Shown piece by piece: positions 29,183-39,433 of a stretch of DNA of 64,000 bases (its first letter is position 1; each line of letters begins with the position of its first letter). The notes below the pieces were generated by a model, which searched no databases, had not been told where the DNA came from, and worked only from the letters and a program-made list of their open reading frames with translations. The translations under genes and the position numbers were made by a program. The stretch covers positions 2,693 through 66,692 of the forward strand of contig DRHQ01000056.1 of the NCBI GenBank assembly GCA_011049545.1, written 5' to 3'. This DNA is from Candidatus Aminicenantes bacterium. Lineage in GTDB: Bacteria > Acidobacteriota > Aminicenantia > Aminicenantales > Aminicenantaceae.

Positions 29183-30619
29183 TTGGAAATCCTTTTACGA
29201 GTACTTTCAGAAGATGAAAAAACGCAAGTACATGAACGCTCCTTAAAAATCCTTTCTGAAACTGGCGTCAAAGTCAATACGGCCAAAGGACGCCAATATC
29301 TCAAAGATGCTGGGGCCGAGGTTGATGAGAATTCAAAAATTGTAAAATTCCCGCGTGCAATGGTTGAAGAGTCTCTGCGCCTGGCACCCAAAGATTTCAC
29401 CTTGGGCGCTCGCAGACCTGGCTGGGACCTATCCATGAATGCTGGTGAATGCACCCTGATTCCTGACGGGGAAGGCATTTCGGTTATTGACCGCAAGACT
29501 GGTGAACACCGGCCATCGACTTTTAATGATTGGTTGGAAGCTACTCGTTTGATCGATGCCCTGGATGAAGTCGGGGTGTATTGGGATATGGTTTGGGGTG
29601 GTGATGCTGAAGAGTCAATCTCAAGTGCAGTCAAAACCTGGCGGCATATTTTCAGCAGCTTTTCCAAACATGTGCAAGATTCCTCACCAAATGCTGAATT
29701 CAGCCCGTGGTTGCTAGAAATTATTCAAGCTATCTTTGGTGATAAAGAAACTGTTCGCCGAACACACCCTTTCTCATTTTTAGTATGTCCTTCATCTCCT
29801 TTGGAAATCGAAGAGCAGCATACTGACGCTTACCTAGAGCTCTTAGGATGGGATATCCCGATTGCCGTGATGCCGATGCCCTTGATGGGAGGTACGGGGC
29901 CAGGGAATATGATATCAATGACGATTCTCGGCAATTGTGAAATTTTGGCGATGCTGTGTTTAATCCAGGCCGCCGATCCAGGAACGCCGTTCATCTATGC
30001 ACCAGCCCTGGCTGTGATGAACCCGCGAACTGGAGCGTATAATGCCGGGGCTATCGAGAATGGATTGCTCAGTTCAGCGGGGATTGAAATGGCGCGTTTT
30101 TATGGTTTGCCTGTGGAAGGAACTGGTGGGGGAACCGACACTTATGCTCCTGGTATTCAGGCAAGTTATGAGCGTGCCATGAATTTTTTGATACCCATGT
30201 TATCCTGGCCTGACTTGTTTGTTGGCTCGGGATTGTTGGGTGGCTCGATGATTCTGAGCCTTGAGCAATTGGTTATTGATGCCGAAGTCTTCCGGATGAG
30301 TAAACAAGCTCACCGGGGCATCCTGACAAATGATGAAATGTGGTTGGATGATGTGATTCAGCGGGTTGGCCCGGGTGGACATTTCCTGGGTGAAAAATCC
30401 ACAGTCGCCAATATGCGCTCCGGGGAGTGGCTGATTCCCCGTCTAGGCGTTCATGGAGCACAAGAATCGTGGGAGATGGCAGGTAAGAAAAATATCTTAG
30501 AAGAAGCCCGCGAAAAAGTGGAAAATCTGCTTTCAACGCATAAGCCACTGCCTCTCTCAGATGAGGTAGAAAAAGAACTTGATAAAATTCAAAAACGAGC
30601 AAATCAGAGCTCAGATTAA
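29183..30619 (+). CDS. Trimethylamine methyltransferase (MttB) superfamily protein, pyrrolysine-free
   Basis: VHERSLKILSETGV, SKHV, CPSSPL, MGGTGP, EMARFYGLP, SLEQLVID, VGPGGHFL; no in-frame stop. Confidence 0.9.
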   Translation: MEILLRVLSEDEKTQVHERSLKILSETGVKVNTAKGRQYLKDAGAEVDENSKIVKFPRAMVEESLRLAPKDFTLGARRPGWDLSMNAGECTLIPDGEGISVIDRKTGEHRPSTFNDWLEATRLIDALDEVGVYWDMVWGGDAEESISSAVKTWRHIFSSFSKHVQDSSPNAEFSPWLLEIIQAIFGDKETVRRTHPFSFLVCPSSPLEIEEQHTDAYLELLGWDIPIAVMPMPLMGGTGPGNMISMTILGNCEILAMLCLIQAADPGTPFIYAPALAVMNPRTGAYNAGAIENGLLSSAGIEMARFYGLPVEGTGGGTDTYAPGIQASYERAMNFLIPMLSWPDLFVGSGLLGGSMILSLEQLVIDAEVFRMSKQAHRGILTNDEMWLDDVIQRVGPGGHFLGEKSTVANMRSGEWLIPRLGVHGAQESWEMAGKKNILEEAREKVENLLSTHKPLPLSDEVEKELDKIQKRANQSSD

Positions 30620-30631
30620 AGGAATTCCTAA

Positions 30632-31948
30632 TTGAGCACCAGTGACACACAGCACCACCCGAGGCGCGTGCTGGGCAGCGGTTTCACATTGGCTGTCGTC
30701 ATCGGCGGCACCATTGGGCTGGGTATTTTGCGCACGCCAGGGGAAATTGCAACGGTTGTTACCGATCCGTTGATGTTTGTATCCCTCTGGGTGTTGGGCG
30801 GCCTGTTTTCACTATTATGCGCGTTTGTCCTGGCCGAACTGATCGGAATGACGCCGCGATCCGGAGGAACCTACGCCCTGGTACGGCGTGCCTACGGGCC
30901 CTTCTCCGGTTTCGTCATTGGCTGGGTCGACTGGTTGTGCTTTGTCGGTGACATAGCCTTAAAGGCAGTCGTGGTCACTGAATTTGCCGCAATGTTAATT
31001 CCAGCAGCGGGTCAATGGAAAACACCGCTGGCAATCATAGTGTCCTCGGTGTTCGCCGCGCTGCAATTACGGGGCATTGCCCTTGGCGCGAAAATCCAGC
31101 AGATCGCTGCTGCCGCCCTAGCACTGATTGTTGTCGGCTTCACCCTGGCGCTGGTATTCGCAGAGTCGGCGGTGAGCAGTGGTACGGCTTTGGTTCCCCA
31201 TGCGGTTAACGGACTCGGCGCCTGGAGCCTCGTGTTCGCATCCATTTTTTATACTTACGATGGCTGGGATTATCCCGCCTATTTCGGCGGTGAAATAAAA
31301 GGCGGCGGTGGAGCTGTGGCGCGCTCCATGATCAAAGGTGTGGTAATTTTAACTCTGCTCTATGTATTCCTGGTCGCGGCGTTGGTCTGGAAGGTGCCCC
31401 TGGCCAGCCTGGCCGGCAAGGAATTGGCATTGGCCAGCGCCCTGGAGATGGTCATCTCCCCGCTCGCGTCAACCGTCGTACTGGTTGCGGCCATAATCAT
31501 ATTGCTGGCCCACCAGAACCTGATATACATGAGCACGCCCCGAATTCTCCAGGCAATGGCGGTCGATGGCCTGGCCGTCAGGCGCGCAGGGGAAATCTCA
31601 AAAGGTGGCAATCCGATGTTTGCGGTGCTACTGAGTTGGGGCTTTTCGGTCGGCCTGATCATGATCGGCGGATTCCATTTCCTGCTGTACCTTCTCATGT
31701 TTTTCGTCCTGTTCATAACTGTAGTGTTGATCGCGGGAGTCATTATCCTTCGTTCGCGCCAGCCGGACGCTGACCGCCCGTACCGGGCCTGGGGTCACCC
31801 CTGGAGCACATATACATGTCTTGTCGGTTGTATACTTCTCACCCTGTTCCAGGCAGTTGCCCAAATTCATACCGCCGCTTACGCCGCGATTTTTGTGGCG
31901 ATATCCTGGCCGGTGTACCGGTACCTTGTGCGCTCCCGATCGAACTGA
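30632..31948 (+). CDS. APC-family amino acid/polyamine permease (copy 1)
   Basis: GGTIGLGI (TM1), PRSGGTY, TYDGW (TM6), RPYRAWGHP; about 12 TMs; TTG start. Confidence 0.9.
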   Translation: MSTSDTQHHPRRVLGSGFTLAVVIGGTIGLGILRTPGEIATVVTDPLMFVSLWVLGGLFSLLCAFVLAELIGMTPRSGGTYALVRRAYGPFSGFVIGWVDWLCFVGDIALKAVVVTEFAAMLIPAAGQWKTPLAIIVSSVFAALQLRGIALGAKIQQIAAAALALIVVGFTLALVFAESAVSSGTALVPHAVNGLGAWSLVFASIFYTYDGWDYPAYFGGEIKGGGGAVARSMIKGVVILTLLYVFLVAALVWKVPLASLAGKELALASALEMVISPLASTVVLVAAIIILLAHQNLIYMSTPRILQAMAVDGLAVRRAGEISKGGNPMFAVLLSWGFSVGLIMIGGFHFLLYLLMFFVLFITVVLIAGVIILRSRQPDADRPYRAWGHPWSTYTCLVGCILLTLFQAVAQIHTAAYAAIFVAISWPVYRYLVRSRSN

Positions 31949-31983
31949 CTCGGGACGACTTAGTAGTTATAGGAGGTAGTTAT

Positions 31984-33396
31984 ATGAGAACCGAGTTGAA
32001 AGAAGCGTTGCATGGGTCCAAGAATATGCCTCTGTGGCTGGACCGATCCGATCGACCCCATACTGCGCCGTGTCTTTCCGCTAGAGTAGAGACTGAGCTA
32101 GCCATCGTGGGTGCGGGGTTTACCGGCCTATGGGCGGCGCTTCTTGCCAAGGAAGCGCATCCGGACCTCGATGTGGTTTTGATAGAAGCGGGTTCGGTGG
32201 GAGATGGAGCCTCGGGTCGAAACGGCGGATGTGTCAGTACGACTCTGACTCACTATCAGAGTAACCGTGATCTGGGTCTTCCGGAGGGTGAACCGGAGAT
32301 GGCGACTCTCGGTCGGCAAAACGCCGAAGGCTTTCTGGATGACCTGAAACGTTACCGTATGCAGGTGGACTATGAGCCCACAGGCTATTTGCATGTAGCG
32401 GTCCAGGCAGATCAAATACGAGCGCTTCAGGCCTTGTATGAGCTCGATCAAAAGAGCGGGACGGCTTCAGTATTGCTGGATCGGGAAGCGGTGCAAAAGG
32501 AGGTGGCTTCTCCTGCCTTTCTGGCGGGGCATTGGGATAAGCAGACACGCTTGGGTATATTGCATCCCGGCAAGCTCGTTGATGGTCTTCGAGAGGCAGC
32601 TTGCAAACGCGGTGTCAGCCTTTATGAAAACAGCCCGCTAACTCAATTGGCAGCCGCGGACTCTGGATCAGATATCTTGCTGACTTCGGCGCATGGACAG
32701 ATCCGTGCCAGGAAAGTGTTCCTTGCTACTCATGCCTATCCCAGTCTTATACCCCAAACGCGATGCTCTCTGATGGCACCCATCTGGGAGTACGCACTGG
32801 CCACGGAACCCCTGAGTGAAGCGCAGATGGCTTCTATTGCCTGGTCGGGACGACAATGTATATCAGGCGAGGAGAACTTTTTTCATTACTACCGCTTGAC
32901 CTCTGACAATCGAATCATGATTGGAGGTGGTGTTCCTGACTTTTTCTTGAGTAATTCAGGGCGATTCATCGACCAGGATGATCCTGCAAGTTTTGAAGGC
33001 ATTGCGTTTTATTTTTTCACAATCTTTCCTCAACTGAAGGGTTTGCGATTCTCTCATCGTTGGAGTGGAGCTATCGGCGCTTCCAGAGACCATTCCCTGC
33101 ATTTCGGACAGGCCATGAATGATCGGGTGGTTTGGGTTCAAGGTTATAGCGGACAGGGGGTCACGCCTTGTCGATTCGGTGCCCGTGGAGGTCTGGCGCT
33201 TTTGGGTCTCGGAGAAACGGAACTCGCGCGCCTAGCATTCGTTCAGAGAAGGCCAGTGCACTGGCCTCCACATCTTCTGCGATGGCTTGGAGCGAACGTC
33301 ACTTTTTCCGCTCTGGAAAAAGCGGACCGAAATCAAGGCAAGAAAGGGCTTTGGCTCAAGATGCTAGACCGGACAGGTTTCGGCATCAAGATTTAG
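31984..33396 (+). CDS. FAD-dependent amine oxidoreductase (PuuB/DadA family)
   Basis: IVGAGFTGLWAA, GASGRNGG, HPGKL, LATEPL, YYRLT, GYSGQGV; AGGAGG RBS before ATG 31984. Confidence 0.85.
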   Translation: MRTELKEALHGSKNMPLWLDRSDRPHTAPCLSARVETELAIVGAGFTGLWAALLAKEAHPDLDVVLIEAGSVGDGASGRNGGCVSTTLTHYQSNRDLGLPEGEPEMATLGRQNAEGFLDDLKRYRMQVDYEPTGYLHVAVQADQIRALQALYELDQKSGTASVLLDREAVQKEVASPAFLAGHWDKQTRLGILHPGKLVDGLREAACKRGVSLYENSPLTQLAAADSGSDILLTSAHGQIRARKVFLATHAYPSLIPQTRCSLMAPIWEYALATEPLSEAQMASIAWSGRQCISGEENFFHYYRLTSDNRIMIGGGVPDFFLSNSGRFIDQDDPASFEGIAFYFFTIFPQLKGLRFSHRWSGAIGASRDHSLHFGQAMNDRVVWVQGYSGQGVTPCRFGARGGLALLGLGETELARLAFVQRRPVHWPPHLLRWLGANVTFSALEKADRNQGKKGLWLKMLDRTGFGIKI

Positions 33397-33446
33397 TCTT
33401 CCCTTTGGTGAAGATAAGTTCACCGGCAAGTTGCCCGGCAAAGTCC

Positions 33447-33741
33447 TAAGAAATGCTCCCCACTCCCCTCGGCTGCCATAAGAAACTCCTGCTGATGAGG
33501 CGGAGGCGGCCGTTCGGCTTCAAAGGTCAGCTCGAGATGGCGGATGATCCGGTCGATGGTCTTAGTTTCTTCGATAAAAGAGATGATTCTCATCTGGCCA
33601 CCACATGCGGGGCAACGCAGGGGATCCACTTCATAGACCTTGCGGATCACCCTGACCCAACCTAATCCCAGCTCAACCTTTGGAAGGGAGATGATATTCT
33701 CCTTCAATGATAGGAGGCTGAGAAGAACCAACCCCAGCTTT
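33447..33741 (-). mobile_element. IS91-family transposase C-terminal remnant (copy C)
   Basis: IRKVYEVDPLRCPACGGQMRIISFIEE..IDRIIRHL..ERPPP zinc-finger tail; stop/frameshift after PSKG. Confidence 0.75.
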
Positions 33742-34026
33742 ATCGGTCATGTCATCAACAGGATCTAATACCTTCCCTACTGCCAGAAAAACTCCCACAC
33801 CTGCCGGATTGAGCTCTATATCTGAATCTTTTACAACCGAAACTCCCGCGTTAACCAGTCTGCAGGCTGCATATGAAACACCTGCCTTTTTTATAGCTAT
33901 ATCAAAGTAGGAGTCAGCAAAACTGTCTATAACCGGTATATTGAAACCTGTTACAAGAATCAGCAGTATTCCGATTGCTATACCGGATATGGATTTTAAT
34001 AATTTAATTTTGTTTTCGTTATACAT
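33742..34026 (-). pseudogene. Hypothetical membrane protein truncated by the IS91-like remnant
   Basis: N-terminal TM; the ORF runs into transposase-derived sequence after LDPVDDMTD. Confidence 0.5.
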
Positions 34027-34043
34027 TTTTTTATCTGTTAAAA

Positions 34044-34763
34044 TTATTTCTTAGTGCTTTTTTTGTTCTTAAATCCTTTAAGCTTTGCTTTCCGTGTATC
34101 CATTACTTTACTTAAAATTTTTCCTGTTTCTCTGGCATCTTTTATCAGGTTACGTTCCTCATGCGGCAAATCCGGGTTTTCGGGATATTGATTTGTAAGT
34201 GAGGGGATGATTTCCGGTTTTATTTTTGTACCCAGGGGAAACATATCCACAAAGCCGCCAACAGGGCAGTGGTTGCCATGTCCGCATGAAAAGCAGGCAT
34301 ATTCTCCCTGAACTGATATTTCTTTAACAGTATGCATTCTGGCATCTTCAAAATATGTTTCAATATCATCGACAACAGGTTCACCATTGCCCGTGCCTGC
34401 CACAGCAGCAATAACCCCCATCTTTCCTTCCAGGGGAAATAGAGAATTGTGACGGCCTGAAAAACAGACTCGTTCCCAGAAAGCCTGGCCCTTTGCATTC
34501 ATATGATCCCAGTAGTTTGGCGCGCCAAATACAATTGCTTCAGCCTGATAGCATTTTTCCATCACTTCCTGGAAATCATCATCAAGAATGCACCGGTTAT
34601 TTTTCACACACCCATTACATGCTTCGCAGGGCCTGATCAGTTTTCCTGAAAGACTGACAAATTCATATTCCCTGCCTGATCCCTCAAGAATGGCCCTGAC
34701 TAATGATTCAGTGACTTTATTTTTTCTTCCTGCACTTATGCCAATTACTTCAGCCATTAGCAT
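34044..34763 (-). CDS. Iron-sulfur flavoprotein / flavodoxin-family protein (Isf-like)
   Basis: PCEACNGCVKNNRC (C-x2-C-x2-C-x5-C), AIVFGAPNYW, extra CFSCGHGNHC. Confidence 0.8.
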   Translation of the reverse strand: MLMAEVIGISAGRKNKVTESLVRAILEGSGREYEFVSLSGKLIRPCEACNGCVKNNRCILDDDFQEVMEKCYQAEAIVFGAPNYWDHMNAKGQAFWERVCFSGRHNSLFPLEGKMGVIAAVAGTGNGEPVVDDIETYFEDARMHTVKEISVQGEYACFSCGHGNHCPVGGFVDMFPLGTKIKPEIIPSLTNQYPENPDLPHEERNLIKDARETGKILSKVMDTRKAKLKGFKNKKSTKK

Positions 34764-34895
34764 CTCCCTTTATTTTTAATTTAATATTTAAAACGCTCTT
34801 TTTGTCACGCTTAAATGCGTAGAATTATTTAACAGAGTTTGTCTCATATAAGCTGTTTTGATCAAATTTTAAAACCATATTCAGGTATACGCAAT

Positions 34896-34927
34896 AAAAA
34901 AAGGAGCAGGTATTATTACCCTACTCC
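34896..34927 (-). terminator. Rho-independent terminator
   Basis: Minus strand GGAGTAGG-loop-CCTGCTCC followed by T7. Confidence 0.6.
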
Positions 34928-35053
34928 CATATTTTCATGCTTCTATTTGTTTAAACGAGATCCGACCCCAAATTCCTTGTGTCAAGAATGAAGACCTGGC
35001 CCCTATGTTTTTTATGTTTTCTTATTGACAAAATTTTATTTTATAATATTAAA

Positions 35054-35353
35054 GATAAGAATTTCGTTTTTGGGCTTACTGCAAATCTCTCATAATTTTT
35101 CCAAATTTCCACCTACTGACATCCTAGAATGAGGTTATCACACTGAAACCGACGAGGTCAATGACTCAAAAAGCGACACAAATTCCCCGAGATCTCCAAG
35201 CCGTCAAGTTCAATATAGACTCGGCCCTCCAATAGACAGAGGATAACCAAAAAAGCCCTCAGAAATACTCCCCACTCTCCTCGGCTGCTATCAGGAGATC
35301 CTGCTGAACAACACGAGGTGGAGGCGGCCGTTCGGCTTCAAAGGTCAGCTCGA
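35054..35353 (-). mobile_element. IS91-like element 3' end remnant (copy D)
   Basis: Encodes ELTFEAERPPPPRVVQQDLLIAAEESGEYF-stop plus about 200 bp non-coding tail ending AAAAACGAAATTCTTATC. Confidence 0.75.
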
Positions 35354-35742
35354 AATAGTGAAAAAACACCCGATAAAAAACAGTGTGTTCTGGATGACGC
35401 TGTCTGTACATCCCTGCCATGGAAGGGAGGATGATTCACAAAATGGACCAGGTACAAAAAAGAGCCTCAAAGACCCTTTAAGCCTTGGAAATCTTAACCA
35501 TAAGCCAGGCAATTTTTGTAAGGATGTAATCAGATGTTGACGACGGAAGGTCAATTCTGACAACAAAAGATTTCGGAAAATAACTTTCCCCATATGAGTT
35601 CCTTGACTCTCATCATGGATTGAGTATATATAAAAAGGCGGCGACTGCTTTATTATTTTTTTCCTATGAGACCAAAGAAGACTTTGTTAGGGAAATGTCT
35701 GGAATTTATGATTTCCAAATTTCAAGCCTCAGGGGTTTTTAG

Positions 35743-37080
35743 ATGAGCACCAGTGACACACAGCACCACCCGAGGCGCGTACTAAGCAGCAGATTCACAT
35801 TGGCGGTCATCGTCGGTGGCATCATTGGGCTGGGTATCTTACGCACGCCCGGGGAAGTTGCAGCGGTTGTTCCCGATCCTTTGATGTTTGTGTCCCTCTG
35901 GGTATTGGGCGGCCTGTTCATACTATTGAGCGCGGCAGTGGTAGCCGAACTGGTGGGTATGACGCCGCGATCTGGGGGGGCCTACCCCCTGGTGCGGCGT
36001 GCCTACGGGCCGTTCCCTGGTTTCGTCATTGGCTGGGTCGACTGGTTGACCTTTGTCGCTGACATAGCCTTCAAGGCAGTCGTGGTCACTGAATTTGCCG
36101 CATTGTTAATTCCAGCAGCGGGTCAATGGAAAACACCACTGGCAATCATGGTGTCCTCGGTGTTCGCGGCGCTGCAATTACGGAGCGTTGCCCTGAGCGC
36201 GAAAATCCAGCAGATCGCTGCTGCCGCCTTGGCACTGATCGTTGTCGGCTTCACACTGGCGCTGGTATTCGCAGAGTCGGCGGTGAGCAGTGGTACGGCT
36301 TTGGTTCCCCATGCGGCTAACGGACTCGGTGCCTGGAGCCTCGTCATCGCATCCATCATTTATACTTACGACGGCTGGTATTATGCTGCCTATTTCAGCG
36401 GTGAAATCAAAGGCGGCGGTGGAGCTGTGGCGCGCGCCTGTATCAAGGGTACGATCATTGTCATTGTGCTCTATGTATTCCTGGCTGCGGCGTTGGCCTG
36501 GAAGGTACCTCTGGCCAGCCTGGCTGGCAACGAACTGGCATTGGCCGGCGCCCTGGAGATGGTCATCTCCCCGCTCGCGTCAACCATCGTACTGGTGGCG
36601 GCAATAATCATGTTGCTGGCCTACCAGAACCTGCTGTACATGGCCACGCCCCGAATTATCCAGGCACTGGCGGTCGATGGCCTGTTCGTCAGGCGCGCAG
36701 GGGAAATCTCAAAAGGTGGCAATCCGATCTTTGCGGTGCTGCTGTCCTGGGGGCTTTCGGTCGGCCTGATCATAATCGGTGGATTCCATTTCCTGCTGCA
36801 CCTTTCCGTATTTTTTTACCTGTTCTTATATGTATTGCTGATCGCGGGAGTCATCATCCTGCGTTCGCGCCAGCCGGACACTGACCGCCCGTACCGGGCC
36901 TGGGGTTACCCCTGGAGCACATATACATGTCTTTTCGGTTGGATACTTATCGCCCTGTTCCAGGTAGGTGTCGAAATAGACACCGCCGCTTACGCCGCGA
37001 TTTTTGTGGCGATATCCTGGCCGGTGTACCGGGTCCTGATGCGATCTGGTCGAACTATAAAATTAAACCATAAGGAGTGA
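35743..37080 (+). CDS. APC-family amino acid/polyamine permease (copy 2)
   Basis: Close paralogue of 30632-31948 with long identical nucleotide tracts. Confidence 0.9.
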   Translation: MSTSDTQHHPRRVLSSRFTLAVIVGGIIGLGILRTPGEVAAVVPDPLMFVSLWVLGGLFILLSAAVVAELVGMTPRSGGAYPLVRRAYGPFPGFVIGWVDWLTFVADIAFKAVVVTEFAALLIPAAGQWKTPLAIMVSSVFAALQLRSVALSAKIQQIAAAALALIVVGFTLALVFAESAVSSGTALVPHAANGLGAWSLVIASIIYTYDGWYYAAYFSGEIKGGGGAVARACIKGTIIVIVLYVFLAAALAWKVPLASLAGNELALAGALEMVISPLASTIVLVAAIIMLLAYQNLLYMATPRIIQALAVDGLFVRRAGEISKGGNPIFAVLLSWGLSVGLIIIGGFHFLLHLSVFFYLFLYVLLIAGVIILRSRQPDTDRPYRAWGYPWSTYTCLFGWILIALFQVGVEIDTAAYAAIFVAISWPVYRVLMRSGRTIKLNHKE

Positions 37081-39164
37081 TCATGGCACGAAACCCATAC
37101 TTTGATATTCTATTTGAACCGGTAAGAATTGGTCCGGTTACGACTAAAAACAGGTTTTACCAGGTACCTCACTGTTCCGGTATGGGATATAAAATGCCCA
37201 ATACACTTGCTGGCATGCGGGGAATGAAGGCAGAAGGCGGATGGGGCGTGGTCCATACCGAATACTGCTCCATTCATCCAACATCAGATGATACGCCGTA
37301 CCCTCATGGAAGAATCTGGGATGATGCAGATATTGCTGCGCACGCCTTGATGGTTGAAAAAGTACACGAACACGGGGCGCTGGCAGGAATTCAATTGTGG
37401 CATGGTGGCGCTTCGGTTGCCAATTTGCATTCACGTGAAGCCCCTATGGGCGCAGAGAGCGGACGTGCTGTATATAATGATCCTGTTCAAAGTCGGATTG
37501 TTAATAAATCTGATATTAAAGAGATCCGGAGATGGCATGTGGCAGCGGCCAGACGAGCCAAAGCGGCTGGTTTTGATATCATTTGTGTATATGCAACGCA
37601 TGACTTTCTGATTCAAAGCTTCTTATCCTCTAAGAGGAACTTTCGGTCAGATGAGTATGGCGGATCAGTTGAAAACAGGGTGCGCTTGCTCCGAGAGTTG
37701 ATTGAAGAGGCCAAAAATGCGGTTGGTGACACATGTGCAGTTGTTGTGCGCTTTTGTGCCGATGACGGTTATGCCAGGGCTAATGCAATACGTGATGGGA
37801 GCGTGCCACAGGTCGAGGAACAGAAGGAGATGCTGAGTATTTTGGCAGAGTTGCCGGATCTTTGGGATCTGACAGTGAGTGACTATTCCTTAGAAATGGG
37901 AGCTTCCCGTTTTGTTAAGGAAGCTTCACTTGAAAATTATGTTTCATATGTCAAATCCATTACTTCAAAACCTGTTGTGTGTGTCGGACGGTTTACATCA
38001 CCGAATACAATGGTGGCACAGGTGAAAAGCGGTATCGTGGACCTGATCGGTGCTGCACGTCCATCCATTGCCGACCCGTTTCTGCCCAACAAAATCAATG
38101 AGGGACGGGAGGATGAAATCAGGGAATGTATCGGGTGTAATATCTGTTATGCACATGATAATCGCGGTGCACCCATTCGATGTACACAAAATCCGACAAT
38201 GGGTGAAGAGTGGCGCCGGGACTGGCATCCTGAAAAAATAGGCCCAAAAAAATCAGATGACGAGATTTTGATTGTAGGTGCCGGACCTGCCGGTATGGAA
38301 GCGGCTGTTTCATTGGGAAAACGCGGGTATCATGTTTACCTGGCGGAGGCGAGGCGCGAACTGGGCGGCCGGGTTTCGACAGAATCAATGCTGCCGACAC
38401 TCAGTGAATGGAACAGGGTATATGAATATCGAATAGTGCAGCTTGAGAAACTAAATAATGTTGAGGTGTATCGTGAAAGCAAGACAACCGTAGATGACAT
38501 TCTGGAAATGGGTTCGCCACATGTTGTTATTGCAACCGGAGCCTCATGGCGCAAGGATGGTTTCGGTTTATATAATAGCCGGCCCATATATCCGCCACTA
38601 TCAAGTAACGGGATTTATACGCCCGATGATATTATTGATGGTCATTATCCGGCCGGCAGCGTGATGATTTTTGATGACGATCATTATTACATGGGAAGTG
38701 TGATAGCTGAAAAACTGATAGAACAGGGATGCCGGGTTGATTTTGTATCAACAAACAGTAATGCTGCAGCATGGACACGGCATACAGTCGAACAAGAGAG
38801 AATTCAGGCAAGATTGATTAATCTGGGTATTAACATCATTCCATCACGAAACCTTAAGGCATTTGATGGAAACAGAGTTACCCTTGAATGTGTTTACACT
38901 GGGAGTGAAGAAGAAATGCAGGTTGACGGCCTTGTCATGATTACGGCACGGGTTCCGAACGATGACTTGTATTATGAATTGGAATCTCAGGCCGATGCAT
39001 TATCTGCTGCCGGTATTAAATCGTTAGTCCGCATAGGTGATTGTCTTGCACCGGGCACAATTGCCAGCGCAGTTTTTTCCGGACATAAATTTGCCCGTGA
39101 GTTTGATGAACCTGATCCGGGAGATGTTCCTTTTAAGAGTGAGAGAAATGTTCTTGGACTTTAA
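37077..39164 (+). CDS. Trimethylamine/histamine dehydrogenase family iron-sulfur flavoprotein
   Basis: NRFYQVPHC (6-S-cysteinyl-FMN Cys), KAEGGW, ARPSIADP, CIGCNIC..CTQN, GEEWRRDWHPE, GAGPAG. Confidence 0.9.
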   Translation: MIMARNPYFDILFEPVRIGPVTTKNRFYQVPHCSGMGYKMPNTLAGMRGMKAEGGWGVVHTEYCSIHPTSDDTPYPHGRIWDDADIAAHALMVEKVHEHGALAGIQLWHGGASVANLHSREAPMGAESGRAVYNDPVQSRIVNKSDIKEIRRWHVAAARRAKAAGFDIICVYATHDFLIQSFLSSKRNFRSDEYGGSVENRVRLLRELIEEAKNAVGDTCAVVVRFCADDGYARANAIRDGSVPQVEEQKEMLSILAELPDLWDLTVSDYSLEMGASRFVKEASLENYVSYVKSITSKPVVCVGRFTSPNTMVAQVKSGIVDLIGAARPSIADPFLPNKINEGREDEIRECIGCNICYAHDNRGAPIRCTQNPTMGEEWRRDWHPEKIGPKKSDDEILIVGAGPAGMEAAVSLGKRGYHVYLAEARRELGGRVSTESMLPTLSEWNRVYEYRIVQLEKLNNVEVYRESKTTVDDILEMGSPHVVIATGASWRKDGFGLYNSRPIYPPLSSNGIYTPDDIIDGHYPAGSVMIFDDDHYYMGSVIAEKLIEQGCRVDFVSTNSNAAAWTRHTVEQERIQARLINLGINIIPSRNLKAFDGNRVTLECVYTGSEEEMQVDGLVMITARVPNDDLYYELESQADALSAAGIKSLVRIGDCLAPGTIASAVFSGHKFAREFDEPDPGDVPFKSERNVLGL

Positions 39165-39433
39165 CATAGGAAAGAAAGATGACATGATCCCTACTGCGAT
39201 GTTCCTTTCTTATTTGGATGGGCGCGCTCCATGCCAATAGGCGGCCGAGCTTACAGCTCCAAAAAAACCATTCGATCGTCGGAAATCATGCCCTACGGAA
39301 CCGCAATATTCAACCAACAATTTATAATCGCAGAATGAACTCGCAATTAATAGTTGACAAACATTCAAAACAACAACACAATTTATCCGACACGCGAATC
39401 TGTTGAATTTCATATTTTACTTTTGATATTTAA

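Noticed and set aside
31816-31983. N-terminal extension of the FAD oxidoreductase in the ORF track
   Set aside because: Overlaps the permease 3' end; a strong AGGAGG RBS supports ATG 31984
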